NCBI GenBank assembly: GCA_963667015.2 | Contig: CAXXJJ010000004.1 | Coordinates: 2,976,001 to 3,040,000 of the forward strand | Origin: Desulfatiglandales bacterium | GTDB lineage: Bacteria; Desulfobacterota; DSM-4660; Desulfatiglandales; HGW-15 | Length of the DNA: 64,000 nt | Reading direction: 5' to 3' | In this document: positions 10,400 through 20,407 of the stretch, piece by piece | Numbering within the stretch: the stretch's first letter is position 1 | Layout: every line of letters begins with the position of its first letter | The notes under the pieces: model-generated | Database searches by the model: none | Seen by the model: only the letters and a program-made list of their open reading frames with translations | Told to the model about the DNA's origin: nothing | Translations under genes and position numbers: made by a program

Positions 10400-11143
10400 A
10401 TGTCCATTATCGCCTTCATTCCATCAAGATACGGCTCCACAAGGTTCCCGGGAAAACCGCTGGCAATAATCGCCGGGAAGCCGATGATTCAGCGTACATA
10501 TGGATGCGCTGCAGGCTGTCCTGATATTTCAGAGGTTTATGTTGTAACCGATGATGAACGAATACTCAAATGCGTTGAAGGCTTTGGCGGTAAAGCTATC
10601 ATGACAGGGAAGAATCATTCTTCAGGCTCTGACAGGATAGCCGAAGCGGTTGAAATACTGGGGCTTAAGGATGAGGATATCATTGTAAATATTCAGGGGG
10701 ATCAGCCTTTTTTCGAACCTTCTCTTATTTCCGATATGGTAAAACCGCTTATTGATGACAATACCATACCAATGAGCACACTTAAATATAAAATAAGCGA
10801 TCCGCAGGAAATTGATGACAGCGTTATTGTAAAGGTTGTCACTGACAATAACGATTTCGCTCTCTATTTCTCACGATGCTCTATACCTTTTTATCGTGAA
10901 AAACCCTCGGATCAGAAATATTACAAACATCTTGGATTCTATGCCTATAGAAAAAAATTTATTGTTGCATTCAATAAATTATCAGCCGGCGAGCTGGAGA
11001 ATGCAGAGAAACTCGAACAGCTCAGGGCCATGGAATACGGCTACAGGATTAAAGTTATAGAAGCGGATTCCGATTCCATCGAAGTTGACACTCTAGAATA
11101 TCTAAGGAAGGTTGAGGAACTAATTCGGAACTCAGAAAAATAA
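10400..11143 (+). CDS. kdsB: 3-deoxy-manno-octulosonate cytidylyltransferase
   Basis: RYGSTRFPGKPL, NIQGDQP, EKLEQLR. Confidence 0.95.
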   Translation: MSIIAFIPSRYGSTRFPGKPLAIIAGKPMIQRTYGCAAGCPDISEVYVVTDDERILKCVEGFGGKAIMTGKNHSSGSDRIAEAVEILGLKDEDIIVNIQGDQPFFEPSLISDMVKPLIDDNTIPMSTLKYKISDPQEIDDSVIVKVVTDNNDFALYFSRCSIPFYREKPSDQKYYKHLGFYAYRKKFIVAFNKLSAGELENAEKLEQLRAMEYGYRIKVIEADSDSIEVDTLEYLRKVEELIRNSEK

Positions 11144-11144
11144 T

Positions 11145-12896
11145 ATGACTGATAAAATCTGGAGAATCCTGACATCCTCAAAAAACGCCGAAATCCTATC
11201 CCGAGAAACAGGTATTTCAAAAATAAAAGCACGGTTATTGATAAACCGCGGAATAGAAACTCCCCGGGACATTAATTCATTCCTCTATACGAAATTATCA
11301 GGCCTGATCGATCCCATGCTTCTAAAGGACATGGAAGAGGGTGCCGGCTTGATAATATCTACCTTTGAAAAACAGGAGACAATAGCAGTATTCGGCGATT
11401 ATGATGCTGACGGTCTTACTTCCACAGCCCTGCTTGTGAACTTTTTTTCGGAACTGGGAATACCTGTGCTCTACTACATCCCCGACCGGATAACAGAAGG
11501 ATACAGCCTTACTGTAGAAGCTATTAACAGACTTGCCGAGCAGAAGGTTAAACTTATTATCACTGTTGACTGTGGAATATCAAACAGAAATGAGATAGAA
11601 TATGCCCAGTCACTCGGGATAGATGTTGTTGTAACCGATCATCATCAGATACCTGAAAACTTCTCTCCTGTTTGTCCCGTGATTAACCCTAACAGGCCAG
11701 ATTCGGAGTTTCCCTTCAGGGAACTGGCAGGAGTGGGTGTCGCCTTTTTTCTTGCCGCCGGCATAAGGTCATGCATAAGGAAGAAAGGATGGTTCAAACT
11801 GGCGGCGGAACCTGACCTGAGACAATACCTGGATATTGTGGCGCTTGGAACGATCGCTGACATGGTCCCTCTGACAGGACAAAACCGGATAATAGTTTCG
11901 GCCGGAATGGAGATCATGAGGACATCAAGATGGCTGGGTATCGAGGCAATGAAAAAAATATGCGGCCTGGATAACCAGGCAATTACATCAGGGGATGTTG
12001 CATTCAAACTCGCACCCAGGCTCAACGCTGCCGGACGCATAGGAGATAAGACAAGCGGTATTAAAGTGCTTGTAACCGAAAACTACTCGGAAGCTATTAA
12101 TACGGCAAAAGAACTTAACAGCATGAACAGCGAGCGGCAGAGGATTGAGGGTGAGATAATCGAAGACATAGAAACAAACCTGATCCCGCAGCTCGACCTT
12201 GAAAACAAAAAAACACTGCTCCTTGCCAGGAAGGACTGGCACAAGGGTGTGCTGGGCATAGTTGCATCAAAGCTGCTTGAACGTTACCACAGGCCGACAG
12301 TTGTGCTGACAATAAGAGACGGCATTGCCACCGGATCAGGAAGAAGCATAGACGGTTTCAACCTCCATGAATCCATGACACAGCTTAAACATCTATTTAA
12401 AAAATTTGGCGGCCACTACCATGCTGCAGGCTGCACACTTGAAAAGGAGAATATTGAATTACTTTCGCAGGGACTGGAAGATATTGCCCGGACTGTACTA
12501 AAGGATGAAGATCTTATCCCGTCCATTACAGTAGATGACTGCCTGCGCCTGTCCGATCTTTCGATAGATTCGATTAACGATATTCGCTCTCTTGAACCCT
12601 TTGGATCCGGAAATCCTGAGCCTGTTTTTTATTCCGGGAATCTGGAGGTTATGGATTCGTGGATCGTGGGAGAAAATCATCTGAAGCTCAGGTTAAGACA
12701 GGGCGAAGCAGTGCACGAGGCAATAGGATTTAATCTTGCAAACATACAGCCGGCTCAAAACAGTTTAATAAATATGGTATACTCACCTGAAATCAACAAG
12801 TGGAATGGAAATGAAAAGGTCCAGATGAGGATCCTGGATCTGGAACCCACAGGGGATTTAAGCCGGCTGAGAACTGAAAATCATAAAATGCACTGA
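11145..12896 (+). CDS. recJ: ssDNA-specific exonuclease RecJ
   Basis: GDYDADG, TVDCG, TDHH, PRLNAAGR, GSGRS, GGH. Confidence 0.96.
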   Translation: MTDKIWRILTSSKNAEILSRETGISKIKARLLINRGIETPRDINSFLYTKLSGLIDPMLLKDMEEGAGLIISTFEKQETIAVFGDYDADGLTSTALLVNFFSELGIPVLYYIPDRITEGYSLTVEAINRLAEQKVKLIITVDCGISNRNEIEYAQSLGIDVVVTDHHQIPENFSPVCPVINPNRPDSEFPFRELAGVGVAFFLAAGIRSCIRKKGWFKLAAEPDLRQYLDIVALGTIADMVPLTGQNRIIVSAGMEIMRTSRWLGIEAMKKICGLDNQAITSGDVAFKLAPRLNAAGRIGDKTSGIKVLVTENYSEAINTAKELNSMNSERQRIEGEIIEDIETNLIPQLDLENKKTLLLARKDWHKGVLGIVASKLLERYHRPTVVLTIRDGIATGSGRSIDGFNLHESMTQLKHLFKKFGGHYHAAGCTLEKENIELLSQGLEDIARTVLKDEDLIPSITVDDCLRLSDLSIDSINDIRSLEPFGSGNPEPVFYSGNLEVMDSWIVGENHLKLRLRQGEAVHEAIGFNLANIQPAQNSLINMVYSPEINKWNGNEKVQMRILDLEPTGDLSRLRTENHKMH

Positions 12897-12924
12897 TTAC
12901 AAAAATTTATATATGGAGTAAACA

Positions 12925-14448
12925 ATGGGTAAAAAACAAAAAACAGCAATAACACCTACCAGGGAGGAAAACTATCCCGAATGGTATCAGCAGGTCATCA
13001 AGGCAGCAGACATGGCACAGAGCTCGCCTGTTCGAGGCTGCATGGTCATAAAGCCCTGGGGCTGGGCAATATGGGAAAACGTACAAAAACATCTCGACAG
13101 GATGTTCAAGGAAACAGGGCATGTAAATGCGTACTTTCCGCTTTTTATCCCCCTGAGCTACCTTCAAAGAGAAGCAGACCATGTTGAAGGATTCGCAAAG
13201 GAATGTGCTGTTGTAACCCACCACCGGCTTGAGGCCGGACCTGACGGAAAGCTTGTGCCGGCCGGTCAGCTTGAGGAGCCGTTGATAATAAGACCTACCT
13301 CCGAGACCATAATAGGTGAAATGTATGCCAACTGGATACAGTCATACCGCGATCTTCCGGTGCTTATAAACCAGTGGGCAAATGTTGTTAGATGGGAAAT
13401 GAGGCCGAGGATTTTTTTACGCACGGCCGAGTTTCTCTGGCAGGAAGGCCACACTGCACACGCTACATCCGAAGAGGCACAGGAAGAGACCATGCAAATG
13501 CTGAACGTATATGCTGATTTTGCGGAGAATTACATGGCCACCCCTGTAGTAAGGGGGGAAAAGAGCGAGGCGGAGAGATTCCCTGGTGCAGTTGCAACAT
13601 ACAGTATCGAGGCCATGATGCAGGACAGGAAGGCCCTTCAGGCTGGCACCTCACATTTTCTGGGACAGAATTTTGCAAAGGCATCACAGATAAAGTTCCT
13701 GTCTGACCAGGGAAAAGAAGAGTATGCCTGGACCACATCATGGGGTGCTTCAACAAGACTCATCGGCGGACTTATCATGACCCACAGCGATGATAATGGT
13801 CTTGCAATTCCTCCCAGGCTTGCTCCTGCGCATGTGGTAATTATGCCGGTTCTTCACAAGGAGGAAACAAAGCAGCAGGTAATGGAATACTGCGAAGCTT
13901 TGACCGCAGCACTCAGGGAAAAAACTTACGATGGTGAACCTGTCAGGGTAGAACTGGATACACGGGATCTGCATGGTGGAGAAAAGGCATGGTCCTGGGT
14001 TAAAAAGGGAGTACCGATCTCTGTTGAGGTAGGCCCCAAGGAAGTTGAAAACAACAGCGTATTCGTGGGAAGAAGAGACAAGGACAGGAGAGAAAGGGAG
14101 GGTATCAGCAAAGAGGAATTTATAAACACGGTAAGCGAAACACTTGCTGACATCCAGCAAAGCATGTATCAAAAAGCCCTCACCTATAGAGATGAAAACA
14201 CTGTCAAGATTGACAGTAAAGATGATTTCATCTCCTTCTTCACTCCTCAAAAACAGGATCAGCCAGAGATTCACGGCGGATTTGCACAGGTCCACTGGTG
14301 CGGTGAAAGAGAACTTGAGGAACAGATTTCCAAAGAATACGGCGTTTCAATAAGAAACATCCCCTTTGATCTTGCAGGTGAAGAAGGCGAATGTATCTTT
14401 ACGGGTAAGAAGAGTAAACAGAGGGTTCTGTTTGCGAAAGCGTATTAA
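12925..14448 (+). CDS. proS: Proline--tRNA ligase, archaeal/eukaryotic type
   Basis: RPTSET, VRWE, FLWQEGHT, QAGTSH, TSWG, C-terminal FAKAY; no INS editing domain. Confidence 0.95.
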   Translation: MGKKQKTAITPTREENYPEWYQQVIKAADMAQSSPVRGCMVIKPWGWAIWENVQKHLDRMFKETGHVNAYFPLFIPLSYLQREADHVEGFAKECAVVTHHRLEAGPDGKLVPAGQLEEPLIIRPTSETIIGEMYANWIQSYRDLPVLINQWANVVRWEMRPRIFLRTAEFLWQEGHTAHATSEEAQEETMQMLNVYADFAENYMATPVVRGEKSEAERFPGAVATYSIEAMMQDRKALQAGTSHFLGQNFAKASQIKFLSDQGKEEYAWTTSWGASTRLIGGLIMTHSDDNGLAIPPRLAPAHVVIMPVLHKEETKQQVMEYCEALTAALREKTYDGEPVRVELDTRDLHGGEKAWSWVKKGVPISVEVGPKEVENNSVFVGRRDKDRREREGISKEEFINTVSETLADIQQSMYQKALTYRDENTVKIDSKDDFISFFTPQKQDQPEIHGGFAQVHWCGERELEEQISKEYGVSIRNIPFDLAGEEGECIFTGKKSKQRVLFAKAY

Positions 14449-14482
14449 AACAGCTCTCAGCGATCCATCCATAAAGACTTAT

Positions 14483-15577
14483 CTATGGATGGAACGCTTT
14501 TTCTATAATCCCCCCGCCCAGCACCACATCTCCATCATAGAAGACTGCCGACTGGCCCGGTGTTACTGCAAGCTGGGGTTCATCAAAAATAACCTTCATC
14601 CTTCCATCATCAAGGTCAGAGAGTTCTGCCGGTGCGGCCTTATGCTGTACCCTTATTTTTACATTCACCCTGACGGGTTTATCGAGTTTATCAGTTGATA
14701 TCAGGTTAATATCCCCGGCAATCAGCCCCCCTGCCATTATCTCCGACTGGGAACTCACAATGATGCGGTTGTTTTCAGCATCAATCTCCGATACATAAAG
14801 CGGGTTCGGGGCGGCTATTCCAAGTCCCTTACGCTGCCCGACAGTGTAGTAGATAATGCCCCTGTGCTTTCCAAGAACCTTGCCCTCTTTATTTACGATG
14901 TCGCCTTCTTTTATCTCGTCTTTTTTAAAGAAAGGGGTGTAGTCTCCGCCTGAAATAAAATCCTGGCTCTCCGGTTTATCCGATGTATGAAGCCCCATTG
15001 ACCTGGCTAAATCTCTTACCTCTGTTTTGTTGTAGCCCCCAAGGGGAAAAATTATCCGGGAAAGCTGATCCTGTGAAAGCGAATACAAAAAATAGGTCTG
15101 GTCCTTTGATAAATCAACCGGTCTTTTAAGCAGATATCTGCTGCCTTCTTCAACTATTCGTGCATAATGACCTGTAGCAAACATATCGAAATCAACACCT
15201 GTTTCTTTAGCCTTTTCAAGCATAAAACCAAACTTGAGGATACGATTGCACACTATACATGGATTGGGGGTCCGGCCCTCCAGGTACTCGCGCCTGAAGT
15301 ATTCGATTACATGTTCTGTGAACTCTTTCCTGAGATCAACAGTATAAAAAGGTATATTCAATGATTCGCATATGGTTCTCGCCGATACCAGGTCATTTTT
15401 TTTGTTGGGACCGTAGCACGCACTTTTCCCGGCAACATCAATTTTAATGTTCTTATCGTAAATCTGCATTGTAAGGCCGGATACTTCATAACCTTCTTTT
15501 TTTAAAAGGGCTGCAGTTACAGAGGAATCGACTCCCCCGCTGAGCCCTATTGCCACTTTCTTCTTTTTACTGCTCAT
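14483..15577 (-). CDS. mnmA: tRNA 2-thiouridylase
   Basis: SGGVDS, TPNPCIVCN, ATGHY, KDQTYFL, TVGQRKG, PGQSAVFY. Confidence 0.95.
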   Translation of the reverse strand: MSSKKKKVAIGLSGGVDSSVTAALLKKEGYEVSGLTMQIYDKNIKIDVAGKSACYGPNKKNDLVSARTICESLNIPFYTVDLRKEFTEHVIEYFRREYLEGRTPNPCIVCNRILKFGFMLEKAKETGVDFDMFATGHYARIVEEGSRYLLKRPVDLSKDQTYFLYSLSQDQLSRIIFPLGGYNKTEVRDLARSMGLHTSDKPESQDFISGGDYTPFFKKDEIKEGDIVNKEGKVLGKHRGIIYYTVGQRKGLGIAAPNPLYVSEIDAENNRIIVSSQSEIMAGGLIAGDINLISTDKLDKPVRVNVKIRVQHKAAPAELSDLDDGRMKVIFDEPQLAVTPGQSAVFYDGDVVLGGGIIEKAFHP

Positions 15578-17252
15578 CTGTTTGTGCCTTTTTCCCCCTG
15601 TTTATCATACTGAAGACTTTTGCATGGATCTTCTCCATTTTGTCCGGCCTTATCCTTGACTGCCTTTTTCCATAAGACTTCATAAGAGCCATATAGTATT
15701 CGAGGTATGCCCGCCAGTCCTGAGCATTGCTGCCGGAGGTTTCCGATTTCATTATAAAACTCACTGCACTAAGTAATAGAAATGCATCAACACTCTGACT
15801 CGTTACGCGCCTGAGGAAAAACTCCCGCTCTGTGATTTTTTTTCCATAGACAAAAAGTCCTGCCACAAGCATAAACCTGACTTTCCTGATCCTTTTAAGG
15901 GCCATTTTCATTGCCTGTTTAAACAAGGGATCATTCGGTTTATCTTTGATTGATGGCCCTTTGACTAACTGGAAGGCCGACTTGAATAACCTTATCAGGC
16001 TGCTTCCGGGATATTTTTTTCCCTTTGTCATACTCCTCAAAAGAAAGAGAGGAGGATATATGGTATGAATTTCCGAGGTTCCTTCAAATACCGTTGTAAC
16101 CCGAAAATCTCTAAGGCGCTTTTCATATGGAAGCGTCTTGAGATACCCTGACCCGCCATGTACCTGGAGTGCTTCATAGAGCACATTCCATGCGTTTGTT
16201 GTACTGAAGAGTTTGGCATGGGATGTCTCGAGTGCAGCACGGATCATGGAGTCATCCTCGATCATGCCGCTTGTAAATGCTGTAACCGCCTTTGATAAAA
16301 AGGCGTATACACGCGCCTTTACTATCTTTTCCTGGATCAGTTCAAAGGATGAAATAGGCACATTGAATTGAATTCGCTTATTTGCCCTTTCAATCATCTC
16401 ATCTGCAGACTGGTTCATCAAACCTGTTGAGGCCGCAGCAAGACCCAGCCTTCCATAGTTTAGTATGGTCATGGCTATCTTAAAACCGTCTCCGGGCTTT
16501 CCGAGCATGTTTTCCACCGGGACCTTTACATTGCTGAATTTAACCATTGTTGTTGAACTCAGGGTGAGTCCCATCTTGTGCATGTCCTTTCCAATGGCAA
16601 CACCTTCCCAGCCTGTCTCGACTATAAATGCCCCCATAAAGCCGGGTTTATCTTTGTCGAGCTGTGCAAATACCGTCATACCGCCTGCATAGCCGCCGTT
16701 TGTTATATAGGTCTTTGTACCGTTTAAGATATAGTATTTTCCATCCGGAGACTTTTCTGCAAAGGTATCTATATGCTGGGCATCTGATCCTGTATTGGGT
16801 TCTGTCAGGACATATGCAAATATCATATCTCCTGAGGCGGCCGGCGTCAGATACTTCCTTTTCTGCTCTTCTGTACCGAACAGTACTATCCCCTTAAGAC
16901 CAATGGAATGATGGGCCAGGGGTATAATAGCCAGTCCCATGTCATATGCAGTAATCCCTTCAATGATCCACAGATAATCCCACAGGCTCAGGCCCGAGCC
17001 TCCATATGTCTCAGGTATGGTCAGTGCAAACATGCCGGATGATTTAAGGTTGTCCCACAGTTCCTGAGGTAGTTCGCCCATTTTCTCCAGTTCAACCGGA
17101 TTGTATTTCTTTAAAACCGACAAATAGCTCTCAAGTATGCCCTTGGCCTTTTCAGATACCAGGGGGGCATGACATGATGCAAACAGCTTCTCATCAAATA
17201 TACCGCCATACAATTTTTCTAGAAATCCGGGTGTTTCCATGGCATACTCCAA
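15567..17252 (-). CDS. Acyl-CoA dehydrogenase (long, VLCAD/FadE-like)
   Basis: LTEPNTGSD, NGTKTYITN, GRLG, RIQF, QVHGGSGY, VFEGTSEI. Confidence 0.9.
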   Translation of the reverse strand: MEYAMETPGFLEKLYGGIFDEKLFASCHAPLVSEKAKGILESYLSVLKKYNPVELEKMGELPQELWDNLKSSGMFALTIPETYGGSGLSLWDYLWIIEGITAYDMGLAIIPLAHHSIGLKGIVLFGTEEQKRKYLTPAASGDMIFAYVLTEPNTGSDAQHIDTFAEKSPDGKYYILNGTKTYITNGGYAGGMTVFAQLDKDKPGFMGAFIVETGWEGVAIGKDMHKMGLTLSSTTMVKFSNVKVPVENMLGKPGDGFKIAMTILNYGRLGLAAASTGLMNQSADEMIERANKRIQFNVPISSFELIQEKIVKARVYAFLSKAVTAFTSGMIEDDSMIRAALETSHAKLFSTTNAWNVLYEALQVHGGSGYLKTLPYEKRLRDFRVTTVFEGTSEIHTIYPPLFLLRSMTKGKKYPGSSLIRLFKSAFQLVKGPSIKDKPNDPLFKQAMKMALKRIRKVRFMLVAGLFVYGKKITEREFFLRRVTSQSVDAFLLLSAVSFIMKSETSGSNAQDWRAYLEYYMALMKSYGKRQSRIRPDKMEKIHAKVFSMINRGKKAQTDEQ

Positions 17253-17427
17253 TCATAAGTTTTTTAGCTGAAGGCTGGTCGCTGAATGCTGACAGCTTAA
17301 ATTCAAAAACAATGGTTTTTGAATTTATATTAATTTAATACCTCACGCTCTATAAGTCAAAACAAAGGATTTATATCTGAACCCCTGTTTGGCATCCTGT
17401 AGATCATTTAATAAGGAGGCTCTCTGT

Positions 17428-18153
17428 ATGGAAGCACCTTACACAAATCAAACAGCAAAAGAGACCATGTGCAGATGGGTCTGGGTTGTTATATTTGCCA
17501 TTGCCTTTGCATGGGTTGAAAGCGCAGTGGTAGTTTACCTGAGAGAGATATTTTATGAAGGCCCCGATATATTCCCCCTTACTGTAAACTGGGACGGTGA
17601 TACATATGTGGGGAACTATCTCACCCGGATTGAACTTGTACGAGAGTTTGCCACGCTTGTAATGCTTGTTTCAGTGGGCTGGATGGCGGGAAGGACCCGA
17701 TGGCAGAAATTCTGCTTTTTTATGATAGCATTTGGTGTATGGGATATCTTTTACTATGTGTGGCTTTATGTAATGATAGGATGGCCAGAGGGCATTATGA
17801 CATGGGACATACTTTTCCTGCTGCCCCTTCCTTGGGTAGGGCCGGTTATAACACCCGTATTGATTGCCCTTGCAATGACAGCAGCCGGGACCATAATTAT
17901 CTACATGGAAGAAAAAGGACATGAAATAAGATTCTGCTGGTATGACTGGGCGATTGTAATGCTGTGCGGTCTGCTGATGATTGTAGCCTTCTGCTGGGAC
18001 TGGAAAAACATTGTCCAGCTTCCCGGAGACGCAAACAGGACCGGAATTCCCAATCCTTTTTTCTGGGGACTTTACCTGCCGCCCTATCTGATATCGGTTT
18101 TATATTTTGTCTTCAGGTTGAAACAGAATATTAAAAAGGCAAAGTTGCAGTAA
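17428..18153 (+). CDS. Conserved membrane protein of unknown function
   Basis: Multiple TM helices, ESAVVVYLR, WDIFYY, WDILFL; ATG 17428 follows AGGAGG (ORF track starts at 17389). Confidence 0.75.
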   Translation: MEAPYTNQTAKETMCRWVWVVIFAIAFAWVESAVVVYLREIFYEGPDIFPLTVNWDGDTYVGNYLTRIELVREFATLVMLVSVGWMAGRTRWQKFCFFMIAFGVWDIFYYVWLYVMIGWPEGIMTWDILFLLPLPWVGPVITPVLIALAMTAAGTIIIYMEEKGHEIRFCWYDWAIVMLCGLLMIVAFCWDWKNIVQLPGDANRTGIPNPFFWGLYLPPYLISVLYFVFRLKQNIKKAKLQ

Positions 18154-18157
18154 TGTA

Positions 18158-18184
18158 GTAGGTTGGGTTAAAAATCCAACCTAC
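18158..18184. repeat. GTAG-type palindrome / possible terminator
   Basis: GTAGGTTGG-N9-CCAACCTAC right after a stop codon. Confidence 0.55.
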
Positions 18185-18500
18185 CAGGTTAAAGGCTGCC
18201 CCCTCCGGTCTTCTCCATGTAGGCTTTTTAGAACAGTGTGTATGTAAAAACCTTCACCAGTTTAAAATCGATAAAACCCCTTCTAATCCTGGCAATTGCC
18301 TGTTTAATGCCCTGTAGCCGATGTAAGCTTTTCACTTCGCTTAAATCTGTGTGTCTTTTTCAGGCAGAAAATACATGAATAAACTGTAGCGGTTTTGAAG
18401 TTTATTTATTCCAACAACTTACTGTAAATTAAAATAATTTTCTATTTGCATGGCTAAATGTTCCACCATTACAGGGCCTGTTTTCAAATTATCAATTCTT

Positions 18501-18517
18501 CCGGCATACAAGTTGCT
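18501..18517 (+). promoter_or_regulatory. sigma54 promoter
   Basis: CCGGCATACAAGTTGCT, GG-N10-GC spacing, ~50 bp before ATG 18569. Confidence 0.65.
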
Positions 18518-18568
18518 TTTAACCATAAGGGGTTAAACTAAATTTTAATTTTTAAAGGAGAGAAACAG

Positions 18569-19045
18569 ATGAAAAAATTGATAGTTATAGCAGCGATCAT
18601 CGCATTCATACCTGCTCTTGCAATTGCCGCTGAAAAACCCGGTTCAAAAGAAACTAAAAAAGTAATGGACTATTATGACTCCGGCAAAGGGGGCGGGGCA
18701 GTTCTGGTTGATTATACCTTGTGCCAGGAAATGGGAAAGGAAGAGGAAAGCAAAAATGACTGCATACGGCCTTTTTCCGGAAAGGATATCAAGGCAGGCG
18801 AAGATGTTTATCTGTGGATGAATTTTATGATACCGGTTGATGACACAGCCAATATTTATCTGGCATATACACGAAACAATCGAATAAGAAATACTCAGGA
18901 AATCAAGCTCAATAGCGCCTTTCGATACAGAACATGGAAGAAAATTGTTACAGACAAAGCTGGCGAGTGGACTATTCAGATTTTTCAGGAATTAGAGGAT
19001 AAAGATATTGATTTAGGCTCGATAAGCTATACGGTAAAAGAATAA
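18569..19045 (+). CDS. Exported protein (DUF2914-like beta-rich domain)
   Basis: Signal peptide ending ALAIA; YRTW...GEW motif; AGGAG RBS. Confidence 0.65.
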   Translation: MKKLIVIAAIIAFIPALAIAAEKPGSKETKKVMDYYDSGKGGGAVLVDYTLCQEMGKEEESKNDCIRPFSGKDIKAGEDVYLWMNFMIPVDDTANIYLAYTRNNRIRNTQEIKLNSAFRYRTWKKIVTDKAGEWTIQIFQELEDKDIDLGSISYTVKE

Positions 19046-19185
19046 CCCTTTGATTTATAATCCATTTGCCCTTTATTTTTTTGGCACGGTTGACCATGAA
19101 AATTTACAGGTGAGCAGCGGTAGAAGAGGGACGACCTAGATTATTCAGTTTTTTAATGGTTCCTGTTCCTGAAAAAGTACGAAAC

Positions 19186-19212
19186 GCCGGGAGGGCCAAC
19201 TCCCGGCCTTTC
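19186..19212 (+). terminator. Probable intrinsic terminator
   Basis: GCCGGGAG-GGCCAA-CTCCCGGC then CTTTC. Confidence 0.5.
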
Positions 19213-19473
19213 AATAGGTTCAAAAAGATCGAACATATTATGAAAATAACTGATAATTAATTTACATTTTATTCATGCCAAGGGTGCCCTCCATCCCGCA
19301 TCCTGTCAAGAGTGATGACCCCTCTGTTCTAGGCATGACCCAAAATATATACCCATAATGAGTATAATTTTTCATACAAAATATTGGATCTTTATCTTTG
19401 GATATGAGATTCATTATTAAAAGTAATTCCATAATATCAGCTTGTTAATGTCGTATTCTAATTTTTGAATCTT

Positions 19474-19490
19474 AAGGTATGTATTTTGCA
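19474..19490 (+). promoter_or_regulatory. Possible sigma54 promoter
   Basis: AAGGTATGTATTTTGCA (GG-N10-GC); dyad ATACCCA-TAA-TGAGTAT at 19349-19365 as candidate enhancer. Confidence 0.5.
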
Positions 19491-19580
19491 GTATTATGAT
19501 GAACCAAATTTTTTTATGTTACCAGGGAGATATTACCGTGAGATCAGATGAAAAACCTTTAAAAACTGGAAGCCTCCTCC

Positions 19581-19976
19581 ATGAAAGATAAGACTATAAA
19601 AAATAAAACTATAAAAGCCTTTTTAAGTAAGGATACCGAGTTCGAGGGAATACTGACTTTTTATGGAACAGTCAGACTGGACGGACATTTCAAGGGAAAA
19701 ATAACATCTGCTGAAGGTAATTTAATTGTAGGTGAGTCTGGAATTATCGATGCCGATATACATGTCTCCCAAATAGTTATCAGCGGTGAGATACGAGGCA
19801 ATATCATTGCTGATCATAAGGTTGATATACAACCCCCTGGAAAGATTTTTGGAAATATTCAGACTCCTGTTTTGTCACTACAAGAAGGCGCCATTCTTGA
19901 AGGGGATGTTCATATGTCTCCCAAAGACGAGACATATGAAAAAAAAGTGACTGCAATAGGGGTAGAGGTACGGTAA
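19581..19976 (+). CDS. Bactofilin (polymer-forming cytoskeletal protein)
   Basis: FEG.L...VRLDGHFKG.I...G.I.GNI...L.LQEGA..EG beta-helix pattern. Confidence 0.9.
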   Translation: MKDKTIKNKTIKAFLSKDTEFEGILTFYGTVRLDGHFKGKITSAEGNLIVGESGIIDADIHVSQIVISGEIRGNIIADHKVDIQPPGKIFGNIQTPVLSLQEGAILEGDVHMSPKDETYEKKVTAIGVEVR

Positions 19977-20035
19977 TAAACGTGTAAAGTGGTCAACCAC
20001 GGACTGTGATGTTTTAATATGATCTTCAGCGTCTT

Positions 20036-20135
20036 TGTTGGGTTGCCCTTCGGTGGACCTCTCGGCCATGAGCTCGAAGCCGAATGGCTCAGGGCCTAGA
20101 GCCAAAGTCGAAAGGCTTCGCTTAACCCAACCTGC
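20036..20135. repeat. Composite REP-like palindromic element
   Basis: TTGTTGGGTTG...AACCCAACCTGC outer dyad enclosing CCTTCG...CGAAAGG inner dyad. Confidence 0.5.
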
Positions 20136-20194
20136 TGTCTGTCAAGAATGATGCCCCCTCTTTTTTTAAGCTATCAGAAGCGTTTTGATATTTT

Positions 20195-20323
20195 GATTCC
20201 TGAGAAGTAAGTCTCTTTTGTAGAATTCTTAAAAATGGCTTGGTGTAATAGCCTGTAATCACGATATAATTTTTTCGAGGAATATACCAAAATACCGAAA
20301 ACTATAGTTGCTTCTCAGGAATC
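20195..20323. mobile_element. 129-bp MITE with 16-bp terminal inverted repeats and 7-bp target duplication
   Basis: GATTCCTGAGAAGTAA ... TTGCTTCTCAGGAATC (15/16 match); ATATTTT flanks both ends. Confidence 0.75.
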
Positions 20324-20407
20324 ATATTTTGAGGAACGTCCCCTAGTCTTATTACGAAAAATGAAATAAATGGTAAACTTGCTAAATAATCAAATAGCCG
20401 ATATTAT

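Noticed and set aside
13750..14295. 181-aa minus-strand ORF and other nested ORFs in the track
   Set aside because: Antisense or alternate-frame shadows of well-supported genes.
19081..19097. TTGGCACG as a sigma54 promoter
   Set aside because: No GC at the -12 position and no gene immediately downstream.
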